Positions 21,324 through 35,001 of a stretch of DNA of 64,000 bases are shown here, in pieces (position 1 is the stretch's first letter; each line of letters starts with the position of its first letter). The DNA comes from an uncultured Halochromatium sp. (GTDB lineage: Bacteria > Pseudomonadota > Gammaproteobacteria > Chromatiales > Chromatiaceae), in assembly GCA_964516305.1 (NCBI GenBank), contig CAZEZH010000002.1, forward strand, positions 11,818 to 75,817. The letters run 5' to 3'. Made by a program: the position numbers and the translations under genes. A model generated the notes under the pieces. That model saw nothing but the letters and a program-made list of their open reading frames with translations. It had not been told where the DNA came from and did not search any database.

Positions 21324-21599
21324 TCAGAGCTTTGGCGAATGCTCGATCACGATGAACAACAGTATTCCAAACGAGACGACCAGGATAATAATTCGCGGAA
21401 TCAGCGTTTTCGCAGCATATCCTGCAAGCTTGCGCTTAAGCTCGCAGATGAAACCGCCTTCAGGCGCCTCGCGCATTTGGCAAATGTGCAGCGCGAAACG
21501 TGCAAGTAAGCGGCGCGCAAGATCGAACACGGAATACAGGAAGACGACGAGCGCGACAAAGGTACCTAACCCGATCAACCAATTTTCAAGATAGCCCAT
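21324..21599 (-). CDS. Small hypothetical membrane protein
   Basis: 91 aa with two hydrophobic segments; fills an otherwise empty gap. Confidence 0.5.
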   Translation of the reverse strand: MGYLENWLIGLGTFVALVVFLYSVFDLARRLLARFALHICQMREAPEGGFICELKRKLAGYAAKTLIPRIIILVVSFGILLFIVIEHSPKL

Positions 21600-21755
21600 G
21601 ATGATATTCCAAGGTTTAGCTCCTGGACAGAGGTCGACATGACTACCCTCTGTCAGTTAGGGACTATCCTGCCACAGCGCTGCATCTGTGTCTTTGCGAT
21701 CTCCGGATAAATGACGGTTCGTTCCAAAAAACAGCGAGCCTGCGCGCCTGCAGTC

Positions 21756-23834
21756 TCAGGGGTCAGCATCAATCAGGATACAGCGTGCACTGTGCGTGTC
21801 GCTTAGCTGAACCGGTCGTGGATAGGTCGCCGAACAGGCCGCGATGGCCCGTGGACAGCGGGGATGAAAATGGCAACCGGCTGGAGGCGCGGCTGGCGAA
21901 GGCATATCACCGTCGAGCCGAATGATTTGGCGTCGTTCGGCCTTATCCATCATCGGCACCGCCGATAGCAGCGCCTGGGTATATGGATGGCGCGGATGGT
22001 CCAGCACCTCTGCGGCGCGGCCCTGTTCGACGATACGCCCCAGATACATCACCGCGACTTCATGCGCCAGATAGGCGACCACCGAGATGTCGTGGGTGAT
22101 AAACAGGTAGCTGAGCCCAAGCTCATCTTGTAACCGCTTGAGCAAGTTCAGGATCTGTGCCTGCACCGAGACGTCGAGCGCGCTCGTGGGCTCGTCGCAG
22201 ACGATCAGTTTGGGATCGACTGCAAGTGCACGGGCGACGCAGATGCGTTGACGTTGACCGCCAGAGAACTCGTGCGGATAGCGATCCATGGCCTGCTCGC
22301 CAATCCCCACCTGCTCGAGCAATTGCGCCACCCGGCGCCGCCGCGCTGCCCGCCCCTTCTCGATGCCAAGCGACTGCAGCCCCTCGCCGACGATGTCACC
22401 GACCAGCATGCGCGGGTTCATCGACGCGAAGGGGTCTTGAAAGATGATCTGCAGATCCTTGCGATAGCGCCGCATCTGGCCTGGTCGGATCGCAGCGAGA
22501 TCGACCCCGTTGTAGCGCACTTGGCCGCCAGTCGGCGGTTCGAGCTGCAAGATGCCCTTGCCAACGGTCGTCTTGCCGCAGCCAGACTCGCCGACCAACG
22601 CCAGGGTCTGCCCGGCCTTCAAGCGCAGATCGACGCCATCGACTGCCTTGACATGCGCGACCGTGCGCCGAAACAGACCACGCTGAACCGGGAAATGCAC
22701 CTGGAGCCCGTCGGCGTCGAGCAATGCGTGCCCATCGGGCTCCGCAGACCGAGATGGCGCCGACTCGGACTCTAGTACGGCATCCGCTGCTTCGACCTCT
22801 GCGGCGGCGGGTACCACAGACCCCACGGTTGCCCTGTTAGCCTCCGTCTCGCGAAAGCCCGCAGGTCCCTCAGCCCAGAGCAGACAGCGCACTTGCTGCT
22901 CAATGTTGGGCTGAAACCATCCGATCGACGCCTCGCGGCAGGCCGGCATGACCTGAGGGCAGCGATCAGCAAAGCGACAGCCAACGAAGGGCTGATCCAG
23001 AGGTGGCACCCGGCCTGGGATCACCGCTAGCTCACCACGCCGCTTGCTCGCGCTGGGCACACTCTCCATCAGCCGACGGCTATACGGATGCGCCGGCGCA
23101 GCAAAGAAGGTATCGACGTTGGCCTGCTCGACGATCTGCCCGGCATACATCACCGCAAGCCGGTCCGCGGTCTCGGCGACGACCCCGAGGTCATGGGTGA
23201 TCAGCAGCACCGCCATCCCGGTCTGCGCCTGCAGCCCCTTGAGCAGCTGCAGTACCTGGGCCTGGATGGTGACATCGAGAGCGGTGGTCGGCTCATCGGC
23301 GACTAGCAGCTGTGGATCGCCGGCCAGTGCCATCGCGATCATCACCCGTTGTTTCATCCCGCCCGAGAGCTGGTGCGGGAATTCGCCCGCGCGCTGCGCC
23401 GGGTCTGGGATACCGACCGACCGCAGCAGCTCGACCACCCGTTCGGCGACCGCCGCCTTGGGCAGGCGCTTGTGCAACCGCACTGCCTCAGCGATCTGAT
23501 CGCCCACCTTGAGTACCGGGTTCAGCGAGGTCTGCGGCTCTTGGAAGATCATCGCCATGCGCCCGCCGCGAACGCTGCGCATCTCGCGCTCAGTCAATGC
23601 CAACAGCTCGGTGCCATCAAGCTGCACCGAGCCATCGGTGATCCGACCGGACAGCGGCAGCAGACGCATCAGCGACAGCGCCGTCATCGACTTGCCACAG
23701 CCGGATTCGCCAAGCAGCGCGAGGGTCTCGCCGCGGCGAATCTCGAAGCCAACGCCATCGCAGACCTGCACCGGCCGCTCACCGGTGCCGAGCTGTGCGC
23801 TTAGATCCGAGACATGAAGCAAGACGTCGCTCAT
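21756..23834 (-). CDS. Peptide/nickel ABC transporter ATP-binding protein with two fused NBDs
   Basis: Two GESGCGK Walker A, LSGG/FSGG signatures, two HPY plus Cys-rich C-terminal motifs. Confidence 0.93.
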   Translation of the reverse strand: MSDVLLHVSDLSAQLGTGERPVQVCDGVGFEIRRGETLALLGESGCGKSMTALSLMRLLPLSGRITDGSVQLDGTELLALTEREMRSVRGGRMAMIFQEPQTSLNPVLKVGDQIAEAVRLHKRLPKAAVAERVVELLRSVGIPDPAQRAGEFPHQLSGGMKQRVMIAMALAGDPQLLVADEPTTALDVTIQAQVLQLLKGLQAQTGMAVLLITHDLGVVAETADRLAVMYAGQIVEQANVDTFFAAPAHPYSRRLMESVPSASKRRGELAVIPGRVPPLDQPFVGCRFADRCPQVMPACREASIGWFQPNIEQQVRCLLWAEGPAGFRETEANRATVGSVVPAAAEVEAADAVLESESAPSRSAEPDGHALLDADGLQVHFPVQRGLFRRTVAHVKAVDGVDLRLKAGQTLALVGESGCGKTTVGKGILQLEPPTGGQVRYNGVDLAAIRPGQMRRYRKDLQIIFQDPFASMNPRMLVGDIVGEGLQSLGIEKGRAARRRRVAQLLEQVGIGEQAMDRYPHEFSGGQRQRICVARALAVDPKLIVCDEPTSALDVSVQAQILNLLKRLQDELGLSYLFITHDISVVAYLAHEVAVMYLGRIVEQGRAAEVLDHPRHPYTQALLSAVPMMDKAERRQIIRLDGDMPSPAAPPAGCHFHPRCPRAIAACSATYPRPVQLSDTHSARCILIDADP

Positions 23835-23883
23835 CGAGACAGGCCAAGGCGGCGGATCAGGGTGTAACAGATCTGAGGCGAGC

Positions 23884-25428
23884 TCATGTCGCGCTCCGCA
23901 GCCGAGGATCGAAGGCATCCCGGACCACATCGGCAAGCAGATTGGCGGCCAGCACCAGGGTGAACATGAAGACGAAGGCCGCAGCCAGCGACCACCAGAC
24001 CACCGGGTCGCGCGCCAGCTCCAGCCGAGCGCTATTGATCATGTTGCCCCAGCTGTTCATGGTCGGATCGACCCCGATATTGACATAGGACAGCACCGCC
24101 TCAGCCAGTACCAAGCCGCTGAAATCCAGCACCAGCGTGATCATCACGATATGCAGCACATTCGGCAGGATGTGGCGTCCAATCACCCTGGAATGGCGCA
24201 CGCCCAGTGAACGCGCCGCCTGGACATAGTCGGCCTCGCGCAGCTTCAGCGACTCGCCGCGCAGCAGCCGGCAGAGCCCCGTCCAGCTGGTCACGCCAAG
24301 AATGATGCAAAGGAACAGCAGGCGCAGATCGGCACGCTCAACGAGGCTCTCAAACTGCTCCGCGTTGTTGGTCATGTAGACCTGCAGCAACAGGATCGCG
24401 GCCGCGATCAATAGCACACCCGGAATCGAGTTCAGCGTGGTGTAGAGATACTGGATCAGATCGTCGGTGCGACCGCCAAAGTAGCCCGCCATGATGCCTA
24501 AGATCACCGCCGCCGGCAGCATCACCAGTGTCGTCAGCGTACCGATCACCAGGCCCGTGCGGATACTCTTCAGGCTCTGATAGAACACATCCTCACCAAC
24601 CTTGTCGGTGCCCAGGATGTGGTACTTGGCGGCCAGCTCGGCAGCGACGAAGCTGAGCACCAGCATCAGCGCCAGGGTGATCAGTCCGATCCGCCAAGGA
24701 AGCTCGGACTCACCACGCCAGATTGCATGGGCGCTCTCGTTAAACGGCTGTCGCCAGCGCCAGGCAAGGGCAGCGATCAGGATCACCATCACCGCGGTCC
24801 AGGCAATGAGTCCCTTGACCATCCCGAAGAGTCCGCGCCAGGCGATATCGGCACCCCGCTGCGATGGATCATCCAAGTGCGCACCGCCATGCTCGAGGCG
24901 CGGATAGCCGCGGATCACGCTGCCGTCTGGCTGGTCAATGGGCTCTTTGACGAAGAGCTGGGTGGCAAAAGGTGCCGAGAAGGTCTTTTCCTGACGCTCA
25001 CGCAGGCCGCTGAGCCAAAGATCCAGTACCGAGATGATCTGCCTCGAGTAGGTCGGTGCCGAGGTTGACAGCGTTTCCAAACCCTCTCCTTCGGCGACCG
25101 CTGGCTCGCCCTGATGGGCGGCGTCCTGCTCCATGGTGTCAGCGCCCCCCCCCGCCTCGCCGCTAGTCGCCCCAGCCTCATCGCTGCCGAGGAGGGTCGC
25201 ATCGGCCTGCACGACTGACTCGATGCGCGGATGAAAATGCAGCGAATCGAGCAGCCCGATGCCGACGTAGAAGAGGATCACCACCAGCGCGGTCACGCCA
25301 ACCGGCGAGCGCCCGACCTGGACCCAGGGACCGCGCAGGTGCTCATGGCGCGCGGCATAGAAGCCAAAGCCGATGCCAACCGCGATTAGCACGAAGATCA
25401 GGGCGTCGGTGATCAGGATGACCGGCAC
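23884..25428 (-). CDS. Peptide ABC transporter permease (DppC/OppC-like)
   Basis: HILGTDKVGEDV, EADYVQAARSLG, RHILPN, DAFDPR. Confidence 0.92.
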   Translation of the reverse strand: MPVILITDALIFVLIAVGIGFGFYAARHEHLRGPWVQVGRSPVGVTALVVILFYVGIGLLDSLHFHPRIESVVQADATLLGSDEAGATSGEAGGGADTMEQDAAHQGEPAVAEGEGLETLSTSAPTYSRQIISVLDLWLSGLRERQEKTFSAPFATQLFVKEPIDQPDGSVIRGYPRLEHGGAHLDDPSQRGADIAWRGLFGMVKGLIAWTAVMVILIAALAWRWRQPFNESAHAIWRGESELPWRIGLITLALMLVLSFVAAELAAKYHILGTDKVGEDVFYQSLKSIRTGLVIGTLTTLVMLPAAVILGIMAGYFGGRTDDLIQYLYTTLNSIPGVLLIAAAILLLQVYMTNNAEQFESLVERADLRLLFLCIILGVTSWTGLCRLLRGESLKLREADYVQAARSLGVRHSRVIGRHILPNVLHIVMITLVLDFSGLVLAEAVLSYVNIGVDPTMNSWGNMINSARLELARDPVVWWSLAAAFVFMFTLVLAANLLADVVRDAFDPRLRSAT

Positions 25429-25438
25429 GGCAGCGCCC

Positions 25439-26416
25439 TCAAGACAGCCGGACCCTGGGATCGACCAGGGTGTAGGAGATGTCGGTCATGATCAGACCGA
25501 TGATGTAAAGCACCGAGCCCAGGAAGACCATGGCCCGCACGATCGAGAAGTCCTGGCGGTTGATCGCATCGATGGTATAGCTGCCAAGGCCAGGCACGCC
25601 GAAGAAGGATTCGATGATTAGTGCCCCCATGAACAACAGCGGCAGCACCGCGACCACGCCGGTGAGAATCGGTATCAGCGCGTTGCGCAGCACATGGCGA
25701 AACAAGACCGAACGCTCACGCAGCCCTTTGGCGCGAGCGGTACGGACATAGTCGCGGTTGATCTCCTCGAGGAAGAAGGTGCGGTACAGCCGTGTGCTGC
25801 TGCCGATGCCAGCGGCCACGCCAACGACGACGGGCAAGATCAGGAACTTCAAGGCCTCGAGCCCGCGATCGTAGCCTGAGATCGGCACCAGATGAAACAG
25901 CTTACCGATCAAGAACTGGCCACCGATGATGTAGAACAGACCCGAGATCGACATCATCGCCACCAATAGGACGACGCTGCCGAAGTCGATATAGGTGGCA
26001 CGGAAGAACACGATCATCAAGGCATAGCTAATGGCGATGGCCAGCCCCACTAGCAGGGTCGGGATCGCGATCGCCAAACTCGGCCACATGCGCTGGCGGA
26101 TGTCGAAGCCGATATCGCGGCCGCTGTCGGACTGACCAAAGTCGAACGCGAACAGTTTCAGCGACTTGTCGAAGAAGATGGTCTCGGTGACGGCACCAAG
26201 CCCGTCGGCCTCCGCATTGAACAGCAGCGGCTTGTCGTAGCCATGCTCTGCCTTCCAGGTATCGATCGCCTCCTGGGTCACGCGCTTGTCGCCAAGCTGC
26301 ATCCGCGCCATGTCATCGGGCGTATTGACGACGAAGAACAACAGGAAGGTGATTAGGTTCACGCCAATCAGGATCGGCAGCGCATAGAGTAGGCGACGCA
26401 GGATGTAAGCGCTCAT
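25439..26416 (-). CDS. Peptide ABC transporter permease (DppB/OppB-like)
   Basis: YILRRL, DYVRTARAKGL, HVLRNALIP, DPRV. Confidence 0.94.
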   Translation of the reverse strand: MSAYILRRLLYALPILIGVNLITFLLFFVVNTPDDMARMQLGDKRVTQEAIDTWKAEHGYDKPLLFNAEADGLGAVTETIFFDKSLKLFAFDFGQSDSGRDIGFDIRQRMWPSLAIAIPTLLVGLAIAISYALMIVFFRATYIDFGSVVLLVAMMSISGLFYIIGGQFLIGKLFHLVPISGYDRGLEALKFLILPVVVGVAAGIGSSTRLYRTFFLEEINRDYVRTARAKGLRERSVLFRHVLRNALIPILTGVVAVLPLLFMGALIIESFFGVPGLGSYTIDAINRQDFSIVRAMVFLGSVLYIIGLIMTDISYTLVDPRVRLS

Positions 26417-28644
26417 CGGGCTCGGCTCCGCTCACGCCGACGCGCCACCAACAGCGCCGGAATCGCGCCGACGACCAGGATCAGCACCAATGCGCCGATC
26501 GGCCAGAGGACCGGCGGATTCCAGCGCTCGCGTAGCTGCTCGCGCACCGCAGGGTCAAGCTGACGATACTTGAGGGTGTTGTTGGCCATCAGATTCGGCT
26601 TCACATTGTCCAGCCACTGATGATGCAGGCTGAAGGCCTTAGGATAGAAGCCGAACGACCAGGGCGCGTCATGGCGCAGGATCTCGGTCATGCGGTCGAT
26701 CACCGCTTGGCGCGCGGGACCGTCCTCCATGTTCTTCATGCGTTCAAAAAGCTGATCGAACTCGGGATTTTGATAATTGGCCGCGTTCTCGCCACCATCA
26801 ACCTTGCGATTGGGACCATAAAGCAGGAAGAAGAAGTTCTCCGGGTCCGGATAGTCGGCATTCCAGCCCCACATGAACACCTGGCCGGTACCCTCGCGCA
26901 TCTTCTCCTGGAAGCGGTTGTAATCGGTCGCGCGCACGACCAGCTCGATACCCAGCTTGGCGAACTGCTTGCGCATCCAGTTCAGCCGCGCCTTGCCATC
27001 GGGTCCCGCATCCATGGCCTCGTAATAGATCGTTAATGGCCGCCCGGTCTCTGGGTCACGTCCATCTTGATAGCCGGCCTCGGCGAGCAGCGCCTTGGCG
27101 TCTTCTAATGGCCTGCGCACCGCTCGCCCATCACGCCAATCGAACACATAGGGATTGATGCCAGCCTTGCCTTCTCGGTGACCAAAGATCCCAGGCGGAA
27201 TCGGCCCCTGGCCCTGGACTCCGCGGCCGTTAGCGAAGATCGAGATGTACTCATCAAAGTCGACCGCGATGCTGATCGCCTGCCGCAACAGTCGCGCGCG
27301 ATCCGAGTCGCCGCCCAGCAGCGGATCGCGCATATTGAAGCCCATGTACCAGATCGAGGTCTGCACCGCGGTGACCAGCTCGATCCCCTGCTCGCGCATA
27401 TCATCGGTGAGCCCAGCCTCACCCGCCGCATCGAACTGGATCGCCTGATCGAAGGCATCAGAGCTGACGCCCGAGCTATCGTAATAACCCTGCAGGAACT
27501 TGTTCCAGTAGGGGATGCTTTCCTGCTCGAGACTGTAGATGGCCTGATCGATGAAGGGCAGCGGCTTGCCGGCATCCTCTAGCAATCCGGCGGCCTGGTC
27601 CTCGGGCATGCCTGCGCTCGGATAGCGCTCGCCGTGGAAGTTCGGATTGCGTGCCAGCACCATGCGCAGGTTCGGGTTGTTCTCGCTGAGCATGAAGGGG
27701 CCGGTGCCGACCGGATACCAGTCGAGCGTCAGGTTGTTTTGCTTCATGCCAAGCTGCCCGTAGAGCGCCTCCGCTTCCCAGGGCATGGGTGCAAAGAACG
27801 GCATCGCCAACCAGTAGACAAACTGCGGGTAGCGCCCCTCGAGCCGAATGCGATAGCGATAACGATCGATGACCTCGGCCCCGTCGAACGCAACCTGGCG
27901 CAGATCGAAGAACTGCCGCTCGCCGTCCACCGGCTCGGGCGCCGCCGCCTCAATCTGCTCGCTGAATTCAGTAAATCCAAGGATGTGGTCACCCATCAGG
28001 CCGGCAATCGGCGAGTGCAGCCAGGGGGTCGCAAGGCGCTTGATCTGATAGACATAGTCCTCCGCAACCAGCTCGCGCGTGCCGGTCTCAGGCAGGTCAT
28101 CAAGGGCATTGATCTGCCCCACCGTCTCGGCATCGAGCCGATGATAGAGGTAAGCGCCCTCCGCGTCCTTTGCAAAGGCCGGATGTGGCTGATAGCGGAT
28201 ACCAGGGCTAATCTCGATCAGATACTCGCTGACTGCGATCTGGTTGGGATCAGCATCCGCTGGCAGGCGCTCTCCGTTCGCGTCGAGGTAGCGCACCTCG
28301 GGCAGGGTCTGGGCGGTGAGCGGAACAAGCTCGTAAGGCCGGTTCAGGAAGTGGTACTGGAGCGGCGGCTCGTAGATTTGCGCAATGAAGGCATACTCGT
28401 TCGAGCTGTAGGAGCGCACCGGGTCCAGATGCTTAGGCCGCTCAGTAAAGGCGCCGTAGAGGGTATTCTCCCCAGATTGCGACTCGGGATACGGGTTGTT
28501 CCAAGGCGGCTCGCCGCACGCACTCAGGGACAGCAGCACAACCATCAGCAGAGGCCAGGAGCGGCACGCTCGCAACATAGATGCTTTCCGCGCAGGCTGA
28601 GTTTCTGTAACGTTGGGGGCCGCTTCAAACATAGGCAGATTCAA
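26413..28644 (-). CDS. Peptide ABC transporter substrate-binding lipoprotein (family 5); start approximate
   Basis: Lipobox [27 protein letters not shown]; C-terminal hydrophobic anchor. Confidence 0.9.
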   Translation of the reverse strand: MNLPMFEAAPNVTETQPARKASMLRACRSWPLLMVVLLSLSACGEPPWNNPYPESQSGENTLYGAFTERPKHLDPVRSYSSNEYAFIAQIYEPPLQYHFLNRPYELVPLTAQTLPEVRYLDANGERLPADADPNQIAVSEYLIEISPGIRYQPHPAFAKDAEGAYLYHRLDAETVGQINALDDLPETGTRELVAEDYVYQIKRLATPWLHSPIAGLMGDHILGFTEFSEQIEAAAPEPVDGERQFFDLRQVAFDGAEVIDRYRYRIRLEGRYPQFVYWLAMPFFAPMPWEAEALYGQLGMKQNNLTLDWYPVGTGPFMLSENNPNLRMVLARNPNFHGERYPSAGMPEDQAAGLLEDAGKPLPFIDQAIYSLEQESIPYWNKFLQGYYDSSGVSSDAFDQAIQFDAAGEAGLTDDMREQGIELVTAVQTSIWYMGFNMRDPLLGGDSDRARLLRQAISIAVDFDEYISIFANGRGVQGQGPIPPGIFGHREGKAGINPYVFDWRDGRAVRRPLEDAKALLAEAGYQDGRDPETGRPLTIYYEAMDAGPDGKARLNWMRKQFAKLGIELVVRATDYNRFQEKMREGTGQVFMWGWNADYPDPENFFFLLYGPNRKVDGGENAANYQNPEFDQLFERMKNMEDGPARQAVIDRMTEILRHDAPWSFGFYPKAFSLHHQWLDNVKPNLMANNTLKYRQLDPAVREQLRERWNPPVLWPIGALVLILVVGAIPALLVARRRERSRAR

Positions 28645-28696
28645 GCCTCGCCTAGGCGCACAATCTTCCTACATCTTATCCGCATGGAGAGACCAT

Positions 28697-29473
28697 ATGG
28701 GCTTTTTGTCCGAGAAACGTATCCTAGTGACTGGGGTTGCTAGCAATCGCTCGATCGCCTGGGGTGTTGCCCAGGCCATGCATCGCGAAGGCGCAAGCTT
28801 GGCCTTCACCTATCAAGGGGAGAAGCTCAAGGGTCGGGTCGAAGACCTGGCATCCCAATGTGACGCTGAGTTCGTGTTGCCCCTCGACGTATCCAGCGAT
28901 GAGCAGATCGATAGCTGTTTCGCCGCCCTCAGCGAGCACTGGGATGGCCTCGACGGCATCGTGCACTCGATCGCATTCGCGCCCAAGGATCAGCTTGAGG
29001 GTGATTACGTCGACAGCGTCACACGCGAGGGGTTCGCCGCTTCGCACGATATCAGCTCCTATAGCCTCGCCGCTCTCGCCAAGGCGGGGCGCCCACTGAT
29101 GCAGGGGCGCAACGGGGCCATCCTGACCATGAGCTACCTCGGCGCGGTGCGGGCCGTGCCGAACTACAACGTGATGGGGATTGCCAAGGCCAGCCTAGAG
29201 GCCAACGTCCGCTATCTAGCCGCGTCGCTCGGCCCAGAGGGCACAAGGGTCAATGCCGTCTCAGCCGGCCCCATCCGCACCCTCGCCGCAGCCGGCATCG
29301 CCGATTTCCGTTCGATGCTGAAACAGGTGGAAGAGCGCACGCCGCTGCGGCGAAACGTCACCATCAATGAGGTCGGCAATGCTGGCGCCTTCCTCTGCTC
29401 TGATCTCGCATCCGGCATCACCGGCGACGTGCTCTACGTCGACACCGGCTACCATATCCTCGGCCTCGGCTGA
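28697..29473 (+). CDS. fabI: Enoyl-ACP reductase FabI
   Basis: [33 protein letters not shown]; GGAGA RBS. Confidence 0.97.
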   Translation: MGFLSEKRILVTGVASNRSIAWGVAQAMHREGASLAFTYQGEKLKGRVEDLASQCDAEFVLPLDVSSDEQIDSCFAALSEHWDGLDGIVHSIAFAPKDQLEGDYVDSVTREGFAASHDISSYSLAALAKAGRPLMQGRNGAILTMSYLGAVRAVPNYNVMGIAKASLEANVRYLAASLGPEGTRVNAVSAGPIRTLAAAGIADFRSMLKQVEERTPLRRNVTINEVGNAGAFLCSDLASGITGDVLYVDTGYHILGLG

Positions 29474-29503
29474 GCTGAACTGCCGGCCCCAATCCGGGCC
29501 GGT

Positions 29504-31438
29504 CTAGAATGGCTCGTCCGTCACCAGGGGCTTGCGCTCGATCTTCGCCTGCGCCTTCATCGCTGCCAGCACCGCGTCGACATCGGCAATCGCCAGCGCC
29601 CGCGTCAGCATGCGCGCTTCGGCCTCGAGTTCAGCCTCCTCGAGCTGTGTCGGATCGCCGTCCTCGACCTCAGTGACGACGACAACGAAGGCGTCAGCGG
29701 AATCTGATGCGCTCGTGCTGCCAACGCTCTGATCCTCATTGACCGTCGGCCGCGGCAATGAGAAGGCAAGCTGAGTAACCTCGGAAGGGGTCCCGACTGC
29801 GGTCCGATCGATCTTCCCAGCATTCACCACATCGAAACCTTCAGCCGCTGCTGCCAGGGGCTGTCCGCCCTTAACGCGCGCGACGACAGCCTCGGCCGCA
29901 GCCTCCGCCGCTTCGGCTGCCTGCTGCGTCTCGAGGAGCGCAACGATCTCATCGCGCACCTCAGCAAGCGGTCTCACCGAGGGCTCGCGATGCTCGGCGA
30001 CCCGCAGCACCAGCGCCTGCAAGGCTTCAGGATCGGGTTCGAGCAGCACGCTGTTGTTGTCGAGCGCAAGCACCTCTTCGCTGAATGCGGCAGCAACCAC
30101 GCGCGGATTCGCAAAGATGCCTTCTCCACCGCTGCGATCGAGCCAATCGCTGAGCTGAACCTCAAGACCCAGGGTCTCAGCCGCAGGGATCAGGCTATCT
30201 GGCGACTCATAGGTCAGCGTGGCCAGCTGCTCAGCCTGCTCAAAGAAGATCCCTTCAGCACTGCCGCTGCTGAGATCGGCGATCAGCTCGTCTTTCACCG
30301 ACTCAAAAGGCTTCGGCTCGCCGCCGCGCGCTGCTAAGACCTCGACCAGGTGGTAGCCGAAGCGGCTGCGAACAGGCTCGCTCAGGGTCTCCGGCTCAAG
30401 CGCGAAGACCGCTTGCTCGAACGCAGGATCGAGCGCACCGCGGCCGATCCAGCCCAGCCCCCCACCCTGACTGGCGCTGCCCGGGTCTTCGGAGACCTCG
30501 GCCGCAACCGTCGCGAACGGCTCACCGGCGGCAAGGCGCTGCTGGATCGCCTGCAACCGCTCGCGGGTCTTGTCGAGCACAGCCTGATCGGCATCGGCCG
30601 GAACGCTCAACAGGATGTGGCGCACTTGCCGCTCCTCCGGCGCCGTAAACTCGTCAAGCCTGAGTTCGTACTGTTCCCGCAAGCTAGCCTCGTCGACTCC
30701 CTCATCAGGTGCAGAGAGTTCAGCGGCATCGAGCAACAGATAACTGACCCGCACCTGCTCCGGCGTCGCAAACTGCTCTGAATGCTCGTCGTAATAAGCG
30801 GCAATGGCCGCATCGGTCGGCGGCTCGACAGAGGCCTCGAACGACGCCCTTGGCACGGTGGCAAAGGCAAGGCTGCGCTTCTGATGCACCAGGCTCGCGC
30901 TTCGTTCAGCTAAGGTATCGGTGACGAAGGCGGTCTCGCGAATCGCTCGCGGCAACTGACTGATCAGCAACTCGCTGCGCAGGGAATTCTCGTAGGCGGC
31001 CGGCGTGAGGCCCTGCAGTCGCAGCACTCGCTGGTACTGGGCATTGGAGAAGGCCCCATCTTGCTGAAACGCCGGCTCACTGAGAACGGCGGCGCGGATG
31101 GCCTGGTCCGAGGTCCGCAGCCCCATGGCCTCAGACTCTGCCAGCAGCAAGGTCTCGCGGATCATCCGCTCGAGCACCTGCTCGCGAATGCGCTGATCAT
31201 CGAACAACGCCGGATCATAGGCATCGCCTAACCGATCCCGCAGCTGCACCCGGGTGCGATTGACGTTCTGATTGAAGGCGCGCTCGGTGATCTCGCTGCC
31301 GTTGACGCTGGCAACGACGGGCTCGGCGCCACCGCCAAAATAGGAATCAACACCCCAGAAGGCGAACGGGATCGTGATGAGGATCACAATGGCCCAGGCA
31401 ACCCAACCCTGAGCGCGTTCTCGAATCTCCTGCAACAT
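29504..31438 (-). CDS. ppiD: Periplasmic chaperone / parvulin PPIase PpiD
   Basis: N-terminal TM (PFAFWG), RHILL, SEDPGSASQGGGLG, FGYHL; after hupB and tRNAs. Confidence 0.93.
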   Translation of the reverse strand: MLQEIRERAQGWVAWAIVILITIPFAFWGVDSYFGGGAEPVVASVNGSEITERAFNQNVNRTRVQLRDRLGDAYDPALFDDQRIREQVLERMIRETLLLAESEAMGLRTSDQAIRAAVLSEPAFQQDGAFSNAQYQRVLRLQGLTPAAYENSLRSELLISQLPRAIRETAFVTDTLAERSASLVHQKRSLAFATVPRASFEASVEPPTDAAIAAYYDEHSEQFATPEQVRVSYLLLDAAELSAPDEGVDEASLREQYELRLDEFTAPEERQVRHILLSVPADADQAVLDKTRERLQAIQQRLAAGEPFATVAAEVSEDPGSASQGGGLGWIGRGALDPAFEQAVFALEPETLSEPVRSRFGYHLVEVLAARGGEPKPFESVKDELIADLSSGSAEGIFFEQAEQLATLTYESPDSLIPAAETLGLEVQLSDWLDRSGGEGIFANPRVVAAAFSEEVLALDNNSVLLEPDPEALQALVLRVAEHREPSVRPLAEVRDEIVALLETQQAAEAAEAAAEAVVARVKGGQPLAAAAEGFDVVNAGKIDRTAVGTPSEVTQLAFSLPRPTVNEDQSVGSTSASDSADAFVVVVTEVEDGDPTQLEEAELEAEARMLTRALAIADVDAVLAAMKAQAKIERKPLVTDEPF

Positions 31439-31480
31439 AACTCGTAGGACTCAGCGTGCGAGGGAATGACAGGACAAATG

Positions 31481-31510
31481 AAAACGGGGTATCCAGAGCG
31501 GATACCCCGT
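31481..31510 (-). terminator. Intrinsic terminator after tRNA-Asp
   Basis: 11-bp stem ACGGGGTATCC/GGATACCCCGT followed by T-run on the minus strand. Confidence 0.75.
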
Positions 31511-31520
31511 ATCAGAGAGA

Positions 31521-31597
31521 TGGCGGAGTGGACGGGACTCGAACCCGCGACCCCCGGCGTGACAGGCCGGTATTCTAACCAACTGAACTACCACTCC
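31521..31597 (-). tRNA. tRNA-Asp(GTC)
   Basis: 77 nt GGAGTGGTAGTTCAGTTGGTTAGAATACCGGCCTGTCACGCCGG...CCGCCA. Confidence 0.97.
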
Positions 31598-31648
31598 GCG
31601 AAACTGTGGCGTCAAAACGAGGCTCAACGAAATTAGGGATGCCATGGA

Positions 31649-31724
31649 TGGTGGGTGCTGCAGGGATCGAACCTGCGACCCTCGCCTTGTAAGGGCGATG
31701 CTCTCCCAGCTGAGCTAAGCACCC
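31649..31724 (-). tRNA. tRNA-Val(TAC)
   Basis: 76 nt GGGTGCTTAGCTCAGCTGGGAGAGCATCGCCCTTACAAGGCGA...CACCA. Confidence 0.97.
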
Positions 31725-31801
31725 CCGATTTTGACTCCCCACTCAGGGGTCTGCTCGAAGGGCAGCCGACGCATATTCAGGTTTCTACCCGAAACAAGCA
31801 A

Positions 31802-32074
31802 TCATTGTATCGCGTCTTTGAGCGCTTTGCCAGCCTTGAACGACGGGTTTTTCGATGCGGCGATCTGGATGGCAGCCCCGGTTTGCGGGTTGCGCCCGGT
31901 CCTTGCGGCACGCTCCTTCACAGTAAAGGTCCCAAAGCCGATGATCGAGACAGAGTCGCCGTTCTTGAGCGTTGCCGCCACGGAGTCTGTAAGCGCATCC
32001 AGTGCACGCGCAGCCGCCGATTTTGGGATGTCAGCCGCCTCGGCCATCGCGTCTACAAGTTCTGATTTATTCAC
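31802..32074 (-). CDS. hupB: DNA-binding protein HU
   Basis: GTG start, 90 aa, [22 protein letters not shown]; after lon. Confidence 0.95.
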   Translation of the reverse strand: MNKSELVDAMAEAADIPKSAAARALDALTDSVAATLKNGDSVSIIGFGTFTVKERAARTGRNPQTGAAIQIAASKNPSFKAGKALKDAIQ

Positions 32075-32210
32075 TAGTACTAATCCTCCTGCTTGGCCCC
32101 GGGCCTTGGAACCAAATTTAGTTTTTGCAACATGACCGCGGATCTGGATCCTCGGAGCCTCGTGCCGCAACCGTTTCGGGAACAACGAACTCGCCCCCAC
32201 TCCGCGCCGG

Positions 32211-32239
32211 ATTGTTAAGTAGGACCTCAGAGGTGTCAA
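32211..32239 (-). promoter_or_regulatory. Putative sigma70 promoter of hupB
   Basis: Minus strand TTGACA-N17-AACAAT. Confidence 0.45.
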
Positions 32240-32316
32240 CCTAAAAACCTACAGCTGCGGATGTTCGACGAGCATTCACGGCACCGAGGCGTCGTGGTCA
32301 GACCGTCAAGACCTGA

Positions 32317-34791
<2,475 letters not shown>

Positions 34792-34871
34792 CCCTCGCCC
34801 CCATCAACAACAAGGTTGATGACCAGGATCGAGAAGGTGGGTTTGGCATAAACGCCCTACTAAGAGGGAGG

Positions 34872-34897
34872 TTAGGGCAGCGTGCAAGCGGTTCAAT
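34872..34897 (-). promoter_or_regulatory. Putative sigma32 promoter of lon
   Basis: Minus strand ATTGAA-N14-CCCTAA resembles CTTGAA-N13-17-CCCCAT. Confidence 0.45.
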
Positions 34898-35001
34898 CTG
34901 TAGCGCGAGGCTGAGGCCTCGTGTTGCGATCGCAAAACAACAAGGGAGCAGCGCCGAGTCCGACGCGCAACGCGCGTTGGAGTTGCTGAAGCGCGGCGCG
35001 A

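Noticed and set aside
27634-28743. 369-aa plus-strand ORF
   Set aside because: Antisense shadow of the ABC substrate-binding gene; no motifs.
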